Source of the DNA: an uncultured Lachnospiraceae bacterium
GTDB lineage: Bacteria > Bacillota > Clostridia > Lachnospirales > Lachnospiraceae
Reading direction: 5' to 3'
DNA: 64,000 nucleotides
NCBI GenBank assembly: GCA_949155905.1
Contig: CASCWU010000004.1
Coordinates: 174 to 64,173 of the forward strand
The notes beneath the pieces were generated by a model. The model did not search any database. It was not told the origin of the DNA and was given only the letters and a program-made list of their open reading frames with translations. This document shows positions 52,372-62,845 of the stretch, piece after piece (position 1 is the first letter of the stretch; the number at the start of each line of letters is the position of its first letter). The position numbers and the translations under genes are program-made.

Positions 52372-53412
52372 ATGAAAAAGGCATTGATTACCGGTATTAC
52401 CGGCCAGGACGGCTCTTATCTGACAGAGCTGCTATTAGAAAAGGGCTATGAGGTACACGGCATCGTCCGCCGCGCTTCTCACTCCAATACTTCCCGTATC
52501 GACCATCTGTTACATCGTATTACGCTGCACGACGGCGATTTATCCGATTCTTCTTCTTTGATTCGTATTATCCAAATCGTACAACCAGACGAAATTTATA
52601 ATCTGGCGGCTCAGTCTCATGTTCAGGTATCCTTTGATGTACCGGAATATTCCGGCGATGTCGATGCGCTAGGCGTCCTGCGGATTTTAGAGGCCTGCCG
52701 GATCCTGGGACTGGCCAAAAAGACACGGATCTATCAGGCATCCACCTCCGAGCTGTTTGGAAAAGTCGAGGAAATCCCGCAGAAAGAAACCACTCCGTTT
52801 CATCCATATAGCCCATATGCAGTCGCCAAGCAGTATGGCTTCTGGATTACCAAGGAATACCGGGAGGCTTACGGCATGTTTGCCGTCAATGGCATCTTAT
52901 TTAACCATGAATCCGAACGAAGAGGTGAAACCTTTGTCACCCGGAAAATCACGCTTGCTGCCGGACGGATTGCAGAAGGGCTGCAGGATCACCTGGAGCT
53001 TGGCAACATGGATTCCCTACGGGACTGGGGCTATGCCAAGGATTATGTAGAATGTATGTGGCTGATGCTCCAGCACGACACACCGGAGGACTTTGTCATT
53101 GCCACCGGAGAACAGCATACGGTGCGGGATTTCACAGAAAAAGCCTTTGCCGCCAACGATATCACCATCCGCTGGGAGGGCAGTGGCCTGGAGGAAAAGG
53201 GCTATGACGCCAACACCGGAAAGCTGCTGGTCTGTGTCAATCCGCAATGGTTCCGTCCGACAGACGTCGATAACCTTTGGGGCGATCCGACCAAGGCCAA
53301 AACCGTCTTGGGCTGGAATCCACAAAAAACAAGCTACGCCGAATTGGTAGAGCTTATGGCCAAGCATGACCGAGATTTGGCCAGACAGGAAAAACGTATG
53401 TCCGGCGTGTAA
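52372..53412 (+). CDS. gmd: GDP-mannose 4,6-dehydratase
   Basis: [68 protein letters not shown]. Confidence 0.95.
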   Translation: MKKALITGITGQDGSYLTELLLEKGYEVHGIVRRASHSNTSRIDHLLHRITLHDGDLSDSSSLIRIIQIVQPDEIYNLAAQSHVQVSFDVPEYSGDVDALGVLRILEACRILGLAKKTRIYQASTSELFGKVEEIPQKETTPFHPYSPYAVAKQYGFWITKEYREAYGMFAVNGILFNHESERRGETFVTRKITLAAGRIAEGLQDHLELGNMDSLRDWGYAKDYVECMWLMLQHDTPEDFVIATGEQHTVRDFTEKAFAANDITIRWEGSGLEEKGYDANTGKLLVCVNPQWFRPTDVDNLWGDPTKAKTVLGWNPQKTSYAELVELMAKHDRDLARQEKRMSGV

Positions 53413-53486
53413 AACGAAAGCAACTCATTTTATCTCAGCTCATTTGATTTGGGTAGCTTATTGGAAAAGAAAGGAAGTTTCATACT

Positions 53487-54431
53487 ATGATGGAAAAAAA
53501 CGCAAAAATTTATGTCGCCGGACACCGCGGTATGGTAGGCTCTGCTATTGTCCGGGAACTGAACCGGCAAGGCTATACCAACCTGATCACCCGCACTCAC
53601 GCGGAATTGGATCTTTGCCGTCAGGAGGCAGTAGAGACCTTTTTTGCCGAAGAAAAGCCAGACTATGTTTTCTTGGCCGCTGCGAAAGTAGGCGGCATTG
53701 TCGCAAATCAGGACGCACTGGCTGATTTTATGTACGACAACATGATTTTGGAGATGAACGTCATCCATTCGGCCTGGAAAAACGGCTGCAAGAAGTTGGA
53801 ATTCCTGGGTTCCTCCTGTATTTATCCGCGGATGGCGCCGCAGCCGATGAAGGAAAGCTGTCTGCTGACCTCTGAGCTGGAAAAAACCAACGAAGCCTAT
53901 GCCCTGGCCAAAATCTCTGGACTGAAATACTGCGAATTTTTGAACCGGCAATACGGCACAGACTATATCAGTGTTATGCCGACGAACCTTTACGGGCCAA
54001 ACGACAATTATCACCCAACCCACAGCCATGTACTGCCTGCCCTGATCCGGCGCTTCCATGAAGCAAAGGTGAACGGCCTCCACGAAGTCACCTGCTGGGG
54101 AGATGGTTCTCCTTTACGGGAATTCCTTTATGTAGACGATCTGGCCAATCTGTGCGTCTTTTTGATGAACCACTACAGCGGCAACGAAACGGTCAATGCC
54201 GGAACCGGGAAGGAACTGACGATCAAGGAGCTGACCGAGCTGATCGCAAAGGTTATCGGCTACGAGGGCGAAATCAAATGGGATACGAACAAGCCAAACG
54301 GCACCCCGCGCAAGCTTTTAGACGTTTCCAAGGCTGCTGCTTTAGGATGGACATATCGCATCGAATTAGAAGAGGGTATCCGGCTTTCCTATGAGGATTT
54401 TTTACAGAACCCGATGCGGGCAGAACGCTAA
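53487..54431 (+). CDS. fcl: GDP-L-fucose synthase (GDP-4-keto-6-deoxymannose 3,5-epimerase/4-reductase)
   Basis: [43 protein letters not shown]. Confidence 0.9.
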   Translation: MMEKNAKIYVAGHRGMVGSAIVRELNRQGYTNLITRTHAELDLCRQEAVETFFAEEKPDYVFLAAAKVGGIVANQDALADFMYDNMILEMNVIHSAWKNGCKKLEFLGSSCIYPRMAPQPMKESCLLTSELEKTNEAYALAKISGLKYCEFLNRQYGTDYISVMPTNLYGPNDNYHPTHSHVLPALIRRFHEAKVNGLHEVTCWGDGSPLREFLYVDDLANLCVFLMNHYSGNETVNAGTGKELTIKELTELIAKVIGYEGEIKWDTNKPNGTPRKLLDVSKAAALGWTYRIELEEGIRLSYEDFLQNPMRAER

Positions 54432-54451
54432 AGAAAGGGGAACTCACTATC

Positions 54452-55768
54452 ATGAATATTGTCCTGTTATCCGGCGGATCCGGCCAGCGCCTCTGGCCTC
54501 TTTCCAACGATATCCGCTCCAAACAGTTTATTAAAATTTTCCATACCAAGCAAGGCGAGCTGGAATCTATGGTACAGCGGGTATACCGCCAAATCCGCAC
54601 AGTCGATCCGGAAGCGGTCGTCACCATCGCTACCTCCAAATCCCAGGTGTCTACCATCCACCATCAGTTAGGGGAACAAATTGGTATCAGCATCGAACCA
54701 TGCCGCAGAGACACCTTCCCGGCGATTGCCCTAGCTGCCGCTTATTTAAAGGATGTCCAGGGCGCAAGCGAAAATGAACCGATTGTCGTCTGTCCGGTCG
54801 ATCCTTATGTAGAAACCGATTATTTTGAGGCTCTAAAGGATCTGGGCGCACGTGCCGCTACCAGTGAAGCAAATCTGGTGTTAATGGGAATCGAACCGAC
54901 CTATCCCAGCGAAAAATATGGTTATATTATTCCAACCAGCTCCGATGCCATCAGCCAGGTTTCTGTGTTTAAGGAAAAACCGAATCAGGAAATGGCGAAA
55001 TCCTATATTGCACAAGGAGCGCTCTGGAACGGCGGTGTATTTGCATTCAAGCTGGGATATGTGCTAAAGCGCGCTCATGAGCTAATTACATTTTCGGACT
55101 ACCAGGATCTCTTTGACCGCTACGATACTCTGACCAAAATCAGCTTTGATTACGCGGTGGTCGAACAGGAGTCCTATATTGAGGTCATGCGTTTTTGTGG
55201 AATGTGGAAAGATCTGGGTACCTGGAATACCTTAACCGAGGCGATGGACAGCCATAACGTCGGAGAAGCCCTGTTCAATGAAACCTGTGAAAACGTCCAT
55301 GTCCTGAACGAACTAAACGTCCCTGTTTTATGTATGGGTCTAAAGGATATTGTCGTATCCGCCAGCCCAGAGGGCATTTTGGTTTCCGATAAGGAGCAGT
55401 CCAGTTATATCAAGCCGTTTGTCAATACCTTAGATCACCGTGTGATGTTTGCAGAAAAATCCTGGGGAAGCTTCCGTGTACTGGACGTGGGACAGGAAAG
55501 CATGACGATCAAAGTCACCCTCAATCCCGGCCACCGGATGAATTATCACAGTCACGAACACCGGGACGAGGTATGGACGGTCATTTCTGGGAAAGGGTAT
55601 ACGATAGTTGATGGCCTGAAAAAGCAGGTCGAAACCGGGGATGTGATCACGATGGCGGCTGGCTGCAAGCATACGATTGTGGCAGAAAGTGAGCTTCAGG
55701 TGATTGAAGTACAGGTTGGACGGGATATCAGCGTGGAGGATAAGAAGAAATTTCCGTTGGAGGGGTGA
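54452..55768 (+). CDS. manC: Mannose-1-phosphate guanylyltransferase with C-terminal cupin domain
   Basis: VLLSGGSGQRLWPLSNDIRSKQFIKI nucleotidyltransferase motif. The C-terminal cupin has HSHEHRDEVWTVISGKG. Confidence 0.8.
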   Translation: MNIVLLSGGSGQRLWPLSNDIRSKQFIKIFHTKQGELESMVQRVYRQIRTVDPEAVVTIATSKSQVSTIHHQLGEQIGISIEPCRRDTFPAIALAAAYLKDVQGASENEPIVVCPVDPYVETDYFEALKDLGARAATSEANLVLMGIEPTYPSEKYGYIIPTSSDAISQVSVFKEKPNQEMAKSYIAQGALWNGGVFAFKLGYVLKRAHELITFSDYQDLFDRYDTLTKISFDYAVVEQESYIEVMRFCGMWKDLGTWNTLTEAMDSHNVGEALFNETCENVHVLNELNVPVLCMGLKDIVVSASPEGILVSDKEQSSYIKPFVNTLDHRVMFAEKSWGSFRVLDVGQESMTIKVTLNPGHRMNYHSHEHRDEVWTVISGKGYTIVDGLKKQVETGDVITMAAGCKHTIVAESELQVIEVQVGRDISVEDKKKFPLEG

Positions 55769-55780
55769 AAGTTTCTGTTC

Positions 55781-55821
55781 TGTCCTTGCTAATGCTTCCT
55801 GCCTATGGTAAGCTATAAGTA
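55781..55821. repeat. Direct repeat copy 2 (41 bp) downstream of manC
   Basis: tgtccttgctaatgcttcctgcctatggtaagctataagta. Confidence 0.85.
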
Positions 55822-55887
55822 GCCTCCGTATCGGATAGCCTGCTAGCTATTCGGGAACGCAAAGGCAACGGAAAGGAAGGGAAAGAA

Positions 55888-57564
55888 ATGAAAAAGGTCA
55901 ATATTCCTGTTGGTCGTTCCGATTTTGAACACATCAGAAAAAATGATTTTTATTATATTGATAAAACTGGATTAATCGAGGAATTGTTGAAAACAGATGC
56001 TACACAGGTCACTCTGATCACCCGTCCCAGACGTTTTGGAAAAACACTTGGCATGAACATGATGGCAGAGTTTTTTGACATCCGAAAGGACAGCCATGCA
56101 CTGTTTGAGGGACTATCCATTTCAGAAAATAAGGCTCTGTGCAAGGACTGGATGAACCAGTACCCCACTATTTTTATTTCCTTCCGAACTGTAGATGGGC
56201 TCCGTTACGAGGAGGCATATGCCAGCTTGTATAGTACCATAGAAAATCTATATACAGCTCATTTTTATTTGATGGACAGTGAGAAATTAATTGCTCCCCA
56301 GAAAGCATTTATCCAAACGATTCTGGAAGAAAAAGCCAAACCGATGCACATAAAAAACAGCCTGTTAAAGCTGACCGAAATGCTCTATACCCACTACGGC
56401 AAGCCTGTCATCCTTCTTATGGATGAGTACGATGTTCCTCTGGCAAAGGCAAGTGTAAACGGCTATTATAAAGAAATGCTAAGTACCATTCGGGGTGTTA
56501 TGTCCGTACTCAAAGATAACCCCGCCCTGTGCTTTGCCGTCGTGACTGGCTGTTTACAAATTGTAAAAGAAAGCATCTTTACCGGCACCAACAACTTTGT
56601 ATCCGATACCATCTCTGACTCTCGGTTGGACGAATATTTTGGATTTACACAGACAGAGGTAGACAAACTCCTGCTGGATACTGAACTGACAGATCATGTG
56701 GATGAGATTAAGGATTGGTATGATGGCTACCATTTCGGCAAGCATGATATTTACTGCCCCTGGGATGTGATGAACCATGTAAAAAATCTATTGCTCAATC
56801 CTGCCACACCGCCTGCTGCCTACTGGGAGCATACCAGCCACAACGACATCATCTACCAGTTCATCAGCACAACCGAAGCAGACGTCAACGATAAGTTTGA
56901 AACGCTGCTCACCGGAGGCTATATCATGGAAGCGATTGAACCAAACCTGACCTATGATATACTACACTCTTCTGAAAAAAATATCTGGACGCTGCTGTAT
57001 TTTACCGGCTACCTGACCAAAATGTGTCCGAAGGATATCCCGGAAAAATTGGGGGATGGGAGCTTTGCGCTGACGATACCAAATACAGAAATTAAGAGGC
57101 TGTTCCGAAAAAGTGTGAACGAATGGTACCTGGCCAAAACAGAAGCCAGCGACCGTTCTGAGTTATTTGACGCTCTGTGGAAAGGCGATGCCGAACGGCT
57201 GCAGGAGTATCTCAATGATACACTTTTTGACACGATCAGCTTTTATGACTACCAGGAAAACTTTTACCATGCCTTTCTGACAGGCCAGCTTTCCCGGAAA
57301 GGCTACGTCGTAAAATCCAACCGTGAAAACGGACTGGGCCGTTCGGATATTACAGTAAAAGACCGCAAAAACCGCCGCGCTATTGTCATCGAAACGAAGG
57401 TTACAGGCTCGGAAAGTGATCTGGATTTCCTCTGTGACAAGGCTCTGGCACAGATCGTAGAAAATCAGTATAACAAGGAAATAGAACAGTCCGGCTATCA
57501 GCAGGTGCTTTGTATTGGGATTGCATTTTATAGGAAACAGTGCCGCGTGAAAGTGGCAGACTAA
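55888..57564 (+). CDS. AAA-ATPase-like (PF09820-type) + PDDEXK_9 nuclease-fold protein
   Basis: PVGRSDFEHIRKNDFYYIDKT, Walker A-like TRPRRFGKT, Walker B ILLMDEYDVPL. The C-terminal motif GLGRSDITV..AIVIETKV fits D..ExK. Confidence 0.8.
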   Translation: MKKVNIPVGRSDFEHIRKNDFYYIDKTGLIEELLKTDATQVTLITRPRRFGKTLGMNMMAEFFDIRKDSHALFEGLSISENKALCKDWMNQYPTIFISFRTVDGLRYEEAYASLYSTIENLYTAHFYLMDSEKLIAPQKAFIQTILEEKAKPMHIKNSLLKLTEMLYTHYGKPVILLMDEYDVPLAKASVNGYYKEMLSTIRGVMSVLKDNPALCFAVVTGCLQIVKESIFTGTNNFVSDTISDSRLDEYFGFTQTEVDKLLLDTELTDHVDEIKDWYDGYHFGKHDIYCPWDVMNHVKNLLLNPATPPAAYWEHTSHNDIIYQFISTTEADVNDKFETLLTGGYIMEAIEPNLTYDILHSSEKNIWTLLYFTGYLTKMCPKDIPEKLGDGSFALTIPNTEIKRLFRKSVNEWYLAKTEASDRSELFDALWKGDAERLQEYLNDTLFDTISFYDYQENFYHAFLTGQLSRKGYVVKSNRENGLGRSDITVKDRKNRRAIVIETKVTGSESDLDFLCDKALAQIVENQYNKEIEQSGYQQVLCIGIAFYRKQCRVKVAD

Positions 57565-57663
57565 TGCAGGAACGCCCTTGAGCCTCTGGCGTTCTTGCAA
57601 CAGCGTGAAAACCCATTCCCAGAATAAGCATGTTATTAAAATAACGCGGCAGCTTTGCAGTTT

Positions 57664-58047
57664 TTATTCGTGCAGTTCCAGCGGCAGTCCGTCCGGATCC
57701 TGGAAGAACGTCATCTTTTTCCCGGTATAAGCATCGGTTCGTATAGGCTCGCATTCGATGCCAGCTTCTGTCAGCTCCTTTACCGTTTCTTCCACGCTAT
57801 CTACAGAAAACGCAAGATGGCGCAGGCCGCAGGCCTCCGGTCGGCTCACACGCTTCGGTGGGTTTTCCTTTGCAAAAATTTCCAGCTCTGTATGTTCATT
57901 GATACGCAGGTCAAGCTTCCAGTCCTTACGTTCCGGACGGTAGTTTTCCCGGATGATGGCAAAACCCAGCTTGTTTACGTAGAAATCCTTGGAGGCTTCA
58001 TAATCGGATACGATGATTGCGATATGATGTAGTTTAGATAAGTTCAT
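57664..58047 (-). CDS. VOC (glyoxalase/bleomycin-resistance/dioxygenase) family protein
   Basis: Start at MNLSKLHHIAIIVSDYEASKDFYVNKLGF. It contains GLRHLAFSVD and FFQDPDGLPLELHE. Confidence 0.8.
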   Translation of the reverse strand: MNLSKLHHIAIIVSDYEASKDFYVNKLGFAIIRENYRPERKDWKLDLRINEHTELEIFAKENPPKRVSRPEACGLRHLAFSVDSVEETVKELTEAGIECEPIRTDAYTGKKMTFFQDPDGLPLELHE

Positions 58048-58282
58048 GGTAATTTTTTGTTTTCCTTTCTTTTTATGAATAACACGGTAGAAATCCTGCT
58101 TTAGAATTTCCATCAATTTTGCTGGTGTCACATTCAAGAATGCTTCTGGCGTTCTTACAGGTTGTGGCTTCTGCAGCAAGCCTGTATTACTACTCTCTGG
58201 AAATCCGCAAATACTCAGGAAAAACGGCTGAGTAAAGGCTGTCCTTTGTTTTCAGACATTGCCTCAAATATGAATTGGGAAT

Positions 58283-59644
58283 CTAACCGTATAGTTTCGG
58301 TAAGTAGGAGGTAAACTTACCATTACTTTTTTGTTCCAGCTTACCCTCCTCACACATTTCTTTTAAAAGTCTAAACGCCTTTGTACTTTTAAATCCTGTA
58401 ATTTCTTCGGCTTCTTTCCTGCTAACAGCGCCCTGTTCTAAAGCAAACTGATACACGGCTTGCTTTACCTGTTCAAATGAATTATCTCTGTCTTGCATTC
58501 TTTTTATCTTTAGATACGCGCTTGCAGCAGGTTCCCCTCCTTCATTACGATTATACAGCAGAACAGAAAATGCCCCCTCCGCTGTCTGGAATACAGGTTC
58601 ATAGCCTGCTTTTGGATACAGGCGTTTCATCTTTCGGATACCTGTTCCGTAACTCTCTACCAGCTTCAGGCGGTAAAAGACAGCCGCGAGATTCGGATTA
58701 CGCGACTGGGAAACGCCCATCATGATCGCATCCATTGATAAGCCGCTTACCAAACCTCCCAGAGAATTAAACTCCACATGTTCATCAAACATATTGATGA
58801 TTGTGCTGCCGCTAAAGAGATAATCTCTATGGATAATACTGTTTAAAAGCGCTTCTCTGATGGCTTCTTCCGGATAATCCCTCTGATCTACCCTCTCAAG
58901 ACCCAAAAATGCCGCCCTTGTTTTATTATAAAAATCCAGAAATTGATGGGCATCCTTCAGTTGCTTCAACACAGAACCACCAAATTCTTTTCGCTCTCTG
59001 AAAACCGCATTATCACAGCCTTGAAAAATAGCAGCCTTTATCGTATACGGACACTGTTCCGATAAAAGCAATGCCAGGTTTGTATATAGCCCATCTCCGC
59101 CAACCATCTTCAGCGTTTTCATCTGCATGAAACCAAATTCGAGATGCCGTTTCTCCATTTCAGCTTCTAAAGTTTCAAAGGTCAGCTCCTGATTCATGCT
59201 TCTGCTTTCCTCAAAGGATTTCCCGGATGTTTCCATAATCATAGAGCGAATACCTGCTTCATTTACAGGAATACTTGCAGCTCCTCTTCTAAGATAAACA
59301 CCCTCTGGAACCAGCCCCTTCTTTCTCAAATAGTACGGCCTCTCCGTTCCGACAGAGACCGTAACCTTCACAATTGTCTTTCCCTCTTCCTCTTCCTCTC
59401 TAATCTGAATAAATGGTATAATATCCGGAAGAATCGTATCGTGCAGTGTATTGGAGACTTTCGTCATCACATCATCCAGATCCGTAACTCCTATGATTGT
59501 TCCATCATCCCGAACACCAATATACACTTCCCCACCCTCTGTATTTGCAAAAGCACAGACTTCTTTTGAAATGCTTTCTGGCAATTTCCCAGTTATACGA
59601 TCCAGTTCTTTGAACTCAGTATCGACACTCTCGATTCTTTTCAT
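58283..59644 (-). CDS. Schlafen/AlbA_2 domain + HATPase_c_4-like + C-terminal wHTH protein (RecG-like putative DNA-binding protein)
   Basis: ESVDTEFKEL..VCAFANTEGGEVYIGVRDDGTIIGV (AlbA_2), LLNSIIHRDY (HATPase_c_4-type), and the C-terminal SRKEAEEITGFKSTKAFRLLKEMCEEGKL (wHTH). Confidence 0.8.
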   Translation of the reverse strand: MKRIESVDTEFKELDRITGKLPESISKEVCAFANTEGGEVYIGVRDDGTIIGVTDLDDVMTKVSNTLHDTILPDIIPFIQIREEEEEGKTIVKVTVSVGTERPYYLRKKGLVPEGVYLRRGAASIPVNEAGIRSMIMETSGKSFEESRSMNQELTFETLEAEMEKRHLEFGFMQMKTLKMVGGDGLYTNLALLLSEQCPYTIKAAIFQGCDNAVFRERKEFGGSVLKQLKDAHQFLDFYNKTRAAFLGLERVDQRDYPEEAIREALLNSIIHRDYLFSGSTIINMFDEHVEFNSLGGLVSGLSMDAIMMGVSQSRNPNLAAVFYRLKLVESYGTGIRKMKRLYPKAGYEPVFQTAEGAFSVLLYNRNEGGEPAASAYLKIKRMQDRDNSFEQVKQAVYQFALEQGAVSRKEAEEITGFKSTKAFRLLKEMCEEGKLEQKSNGKFTSYLPKLYG

Positions 59645-59806
59645 AGCATCTATCCCTTTCTTTCTTGCTTTCCTTCTTTCTTTCCTTTCTTGCTTACTTA
59701 CTTTTTTATTATAGCTGGAAGAAAAACAAAAATCAAGAATAGAAAGCAGCTGCCATCAATATTCTTCTGGACTCATGGCTTTCTGACGAATATCATCCCA
59801 CTTCTT

Positions 59807-61579
59807 TTATGCCATCATAACCATACATTCTTTCTCACAAAACGCTATACCATATTTTATCATTTTCTTCATGCCCCGGTGCTTCAGTCCTTCCGCATAT
59901 TTCTTATCCTCGATTTGTTTTAACGCTTCCACACAGGCTGCCTTCAGGTTGCCGCTATCTGCATATTTCAGTTCGATCACGATCCCGGTTCGTTCCTGAG
60001 TGCAGACGGAGATATCACTGTAGCCTTCTCCGGTTTCCGCGTTAGACTGGATCAGCCAATTCCCCTGACTCCGCAAAAGTCCAAGCAGCATACCGTGATA
60101 AAAATTCTCTTTCCGGTTTATCCGAACTGCCGTATCCCGCACGCTGATAGAATCCCACAGGTAATCATGAAGCATTTCCTGGATGATAGTCACATCCCCG
60201 GCTGGGAAGGCTGCGCAAAAACGATTGATTCTCGCCGAGTCGGAATGTGTCACTTCCCGAAACCAATCCTGCACCAAGTCAGAAAACAGTTTACGGATTT
60301 CGCCATTTGGAATCCACAGCCGGAATACATCCGCGTCTGCCTGCTCTACGTGCTTTCCTGTCAGGTATCCGGCAGAGTAAAGTACACTCCATACATGTTC
60401 CGTACGGTCATCTATCTCTCGGTATGTTAGCTCCTGTTTGATTCGTTTTGTTATTTCCCCACCACTTAACAACTCTTCTATTTCCTCTTTGGCCGTCTGA
60501 TCCGCCATTTTTAACATCCGGAGGAGCAGATCGTTTCCGCTGGTATTGGCCCAGTAGTTTTTAGGCAGGGCAATCGGATCTGCCAGCAGATCATCACAAT
60601 AATTGATAACATCCCAGGGGCAGTATACCTCTGCAGCCCCAAAGTGATACCCGTCATACCAGTCCTGTATCACGTTCTTATAAGAGGACAGACCATAGAA
60701 TGTTAGAAGTTCCTCCACATCTGCGTTCGTAAAGCCAAAAAACTCATCATATCGAATATCTGAGATCGTGTGTACCTTTAGATTGTTAAAGCCAGTGAAG
60801 ATGCTCTCTTTGGAAATCCGCAGGCAGCCGGTAAGAACAGCGAAGTAAAGGCAGTCATTCGTCTTTAGAGCATTGCCAAGAAGATTACGAATGAGGTTTA
60901 CCATCTCCTCATAATATCCGGCTTGAAAGGCTTTATCCAATGGGACATCGTACTCATCGATTAGTAGAATAACTTTCTGACTGTAGTGCTTGGACAAAAG
61001 CTGGGAAAGTGTTTTCAGGCTGTCTACCAACGTAGCATCCGACATGGCATATCTCGCATTATTCTCTATCTCGACACGAATCAGTTGGCGGTACGAATTT
61101 TTGTCCTCCTCATCCAGTTTCACGCTTTCTAACAGAAAACGAAACCTGTCAGCCTCATTCCCAATTACGGTTCGCAGCGCTGCAGATGCCGCATGAAAAT
61201 TCAAACCATCCACGCCTTTCAGACTAATAGAAATTACCGGAAGCTTTCCCATATATTTTTCACACAGTTCTTTTTCCTGCATGATTTTTAATCCATCAAA
61301 CAGAGCCGGATCCGTTCCAATCTCAAAAAAACACTTTAACATACTCATGTTCAGGGATTTGCCAAACCGTCTGGGACGAGTAAACAAATTTACTTTTCCC
61401 CAATTTTGCAAAAGTTCCTTCATGAACATGGTTTTATCGACATAATAGAAATCCTCTGTTAAGAATTCCTCAAAATTTTCGATTCCAATAGGAAGCTTCT
61501 TTCTCACCTTTTCCACACTCCTTTCCGGCAGGCGCGGCATAAGCCACATGGATGACCATTCGCTTATACTGAAAAGCAT
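59807..61579 (-). CDS. AAA-ATPase-like + PDDEXK_9 nuclease-fold protein (paralogue of 55888..57564)
   Basis: LPIGIENFEEFLTEDFYYVDKT, TRPRRFGKS, ILLIDEYDVPL, GEGYSDISV..GIVIELKY. The true start may be the GTG at 61507 (VRKKLPIG), since family members usually begin just before LPIG. Confidence 0.8.
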   Translation of the reverse strand: MLFSISEWSSMWLMPRLPERSVEKVRKKLPIGIENFEEFLTEDFYYVDKTMFMKELLQNWGKVNLFTRPRRFGKSLNMSMLKCFFEIGTDPALFDGLKIMQEKELCEKYMGKLPVISISLKGVDGLNFHAASAALRTVIGNEADRFRFLLESVKLDEEDKNSYRQLIRVEIENNARYAMSDATLVDSLKTLSQLLSKHYSQKVILLIDEYDVPLDKAFQAGYYEEMVNLIRNLLGNALKTNDCLYFAVLTGCLRISKESIFTGFNNLKVHTISDIRYDEFFGFTNADVEELLTFYGLSSYKNVIQDWYDGYHFGAAEVYCPWDVINYCDDLLADPIALPKNYWANTSGNDLLLRMLKMADQTAKEEIEELLSGGEITKRIKQELTYREIDDRTEHVWSVLYSAGYLTGKHVEQADADVFRLWIPNGEIRKLFSDLVQDWFREVTHSDSARINRFCAAFPAGDVTIIQEMLHDYLWDSISVRDTAVRINRKENFYHGMLLGLLRSQGNWLIQSNAETGEGYSDISVCTQERTGIVIELKYADSGNLKAACVEALKQIEDKKYAEGLKHRGMKKMIKYGIAFCEKECMVMMA

Positions 61580-61749
61580 CGCAGCACGATGATCTCCTGG
61601 ATGTTTTCACTTTATCATGAAGTTGCAGGGCAGTCAAGATTGATGGTTGAATTTATAGATTACTTTCGTATAGAGATCCTCTGCTGTGATAGCCTTTCTG
61701 ATATCTAGGAAGCTTCTGAAGCATGAGTAGTCTTATAGACATAAAAATA

Positions 61750-61802
61750 CCCCTCTGTGAGTGGAAAAGCCATCAATTTCAGCTTCACCGCCCACAGAGG
61801 GG
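61750..61802. terminator. Isolated hairpin with flanking T/A runs in a gene-poor stretch
   Basis: CCCCTCTGTG - 33-nt loop - CACAGAGGGG. TTTCCCTTTTT follows on the + strand and TATTTTTAT on the minus strand. No adjacent intact gene ends here. Confidence 0.3.
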
Positions 61803-62165
61803 TTTCCCTTTTTCACAACCTCATCATTTCCATGTCGGTAGCACCGATTAGCCGTGTATTCCTAATCTTTCCACAGTTTCATCATTAGTCTCGTCCCCAC
61901 CTTTATGTTTTTGATAAAGTTCTGGCACTTGTACTCACAGCTCAAATGAAATACGATGTTCCTGTAGGTATCTGCTTCTCCATCCACTTCTATACTCAAT
62001 TTTTCTATCTGTTTCCATCAATGACCGCATCTAATCACATTAGTTTGCTGGATACATTTCCAGATACGATTTTATCTGATTTACAATTTCGGTTGTGTGG
62101 TCGGGTCTGAAGCTGAACGTGTAAGGTACGATCCCCCAATCATCATGGCATCAAAAAAGCATTAT

Positions 62166-62570
62166 CTAAACAGCTAAAATACACGGTTCATTATACCCCG
62201 GTATAAGGGAGTCGTGCGTAACAAACATCATATTCTCTGTCGAAGCCTGGCAAATAAGCATCTTGTCGAACGGAGCTTTATGTAATGGAGCATTCTCGTC
62301 GCGTTTCAGGCCTGACAAAGCATAAATATGTTTTTCTCTAATTAGAGTCCTCTGGAATCCTGATTGTTCACAGTATTCGGCAAGCTCCTCTGAGGAAATT
62401 GGCATTGCATCAGGATGCGCCAGTCGTTTCAGTTCAATCTCCCACAGGGAAATGATGCTATAATATATTTCATTATCTTCGTTTTCAATTAACTTCCTTG
62501 CTTTCTCCGGAAGTTTAGCATCATTGGAAATCGCCCAGAGAAGAATGTGAGTATCTAATAAAATCTTCAT
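62166..62570 (-). CDS. Type II toxin, PIN-domain (VapC family)
   Basis: MKILLDTHILLWAISNDAKLP...YYSIISLWEIELK...FVTHDS is the classic PIN pattern. It overlaps the antitoxin gene by 4 bp. Confidence 0.85.
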   Translation of the reverse strand: MKILLDTHILLWAISNDAKLPEKARKLIENEDNEIYYSIISLWEIELKRLAHPDAMPISSEELAEYCEQSGFQRTLIREKHIYALSGLKRDENAPLHKAPFDKMLICQASTENMMFVTHDSLIPGYNEPCILAV

Positions 62571-62809
62571 ATTTCTCCCCCAAACATATCCTCAACTTCT
62601 TTATCCCATTTATCAAAGTCATCCGAAACATTAAATTTCCCTTCTGCCACGCCAATGCGTTTGTTGACAGGCTTCTCCGGAATCAGTGTCATTTGAACAA
62701 CAGCGCTTCCATTTCTCGCCAAATAGACAACCTCTTCCTGTTTTGATTCAAGTAGCTTTACCAGTTTTGATAAATCACTTTTCGCTTCCAGCATGTTTAC
62801 CTGTGTCAT
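62567..62809 (-). CDS. Type II antitoxin, Phd/YefM-like
   Basis: Start at MTQVNMLEAKSDLSKLVKLLESKQEEVVYLARNGSAVVQM, with GGAGG 8 nt upstream. The ORF-track start at 62878 runs through the promoter. Confidence 0.75.
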   Translation of the reverse strand: MTQVNMLEAKSDLSKLVKLLESKQEEVVYLARNGSAVVQMTLIPEKPVNKRIGVAEGKFNVSDDFDKWDKEVEDMFGGEI

Positions 62810-62845
62810 ATCCATACCTCCGATCAATGTATCTTTGCTAGTTGT

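Noticed and set aside
53430-54083. 217-aa minus-strand ORF across fcl
   Set aside because: It is antisense to a canonical GDP-fucose synthase gene and has no RBS or motifs. The same reasoning applies to 30004..30594, 26150..26767, 7506..8045, 21777..22163, 15742..16272, 46571..46972 and other antisense ORFs in the track.
57584-57599. 15/16-nt match tctggcgttctt(g/a)ca flanking the VOC gene (second copy at 58144..58159)
   Set aside because: It is short enough that a match of this quality is expected by chance about once in a 64-kb window. There are no further supporting features.
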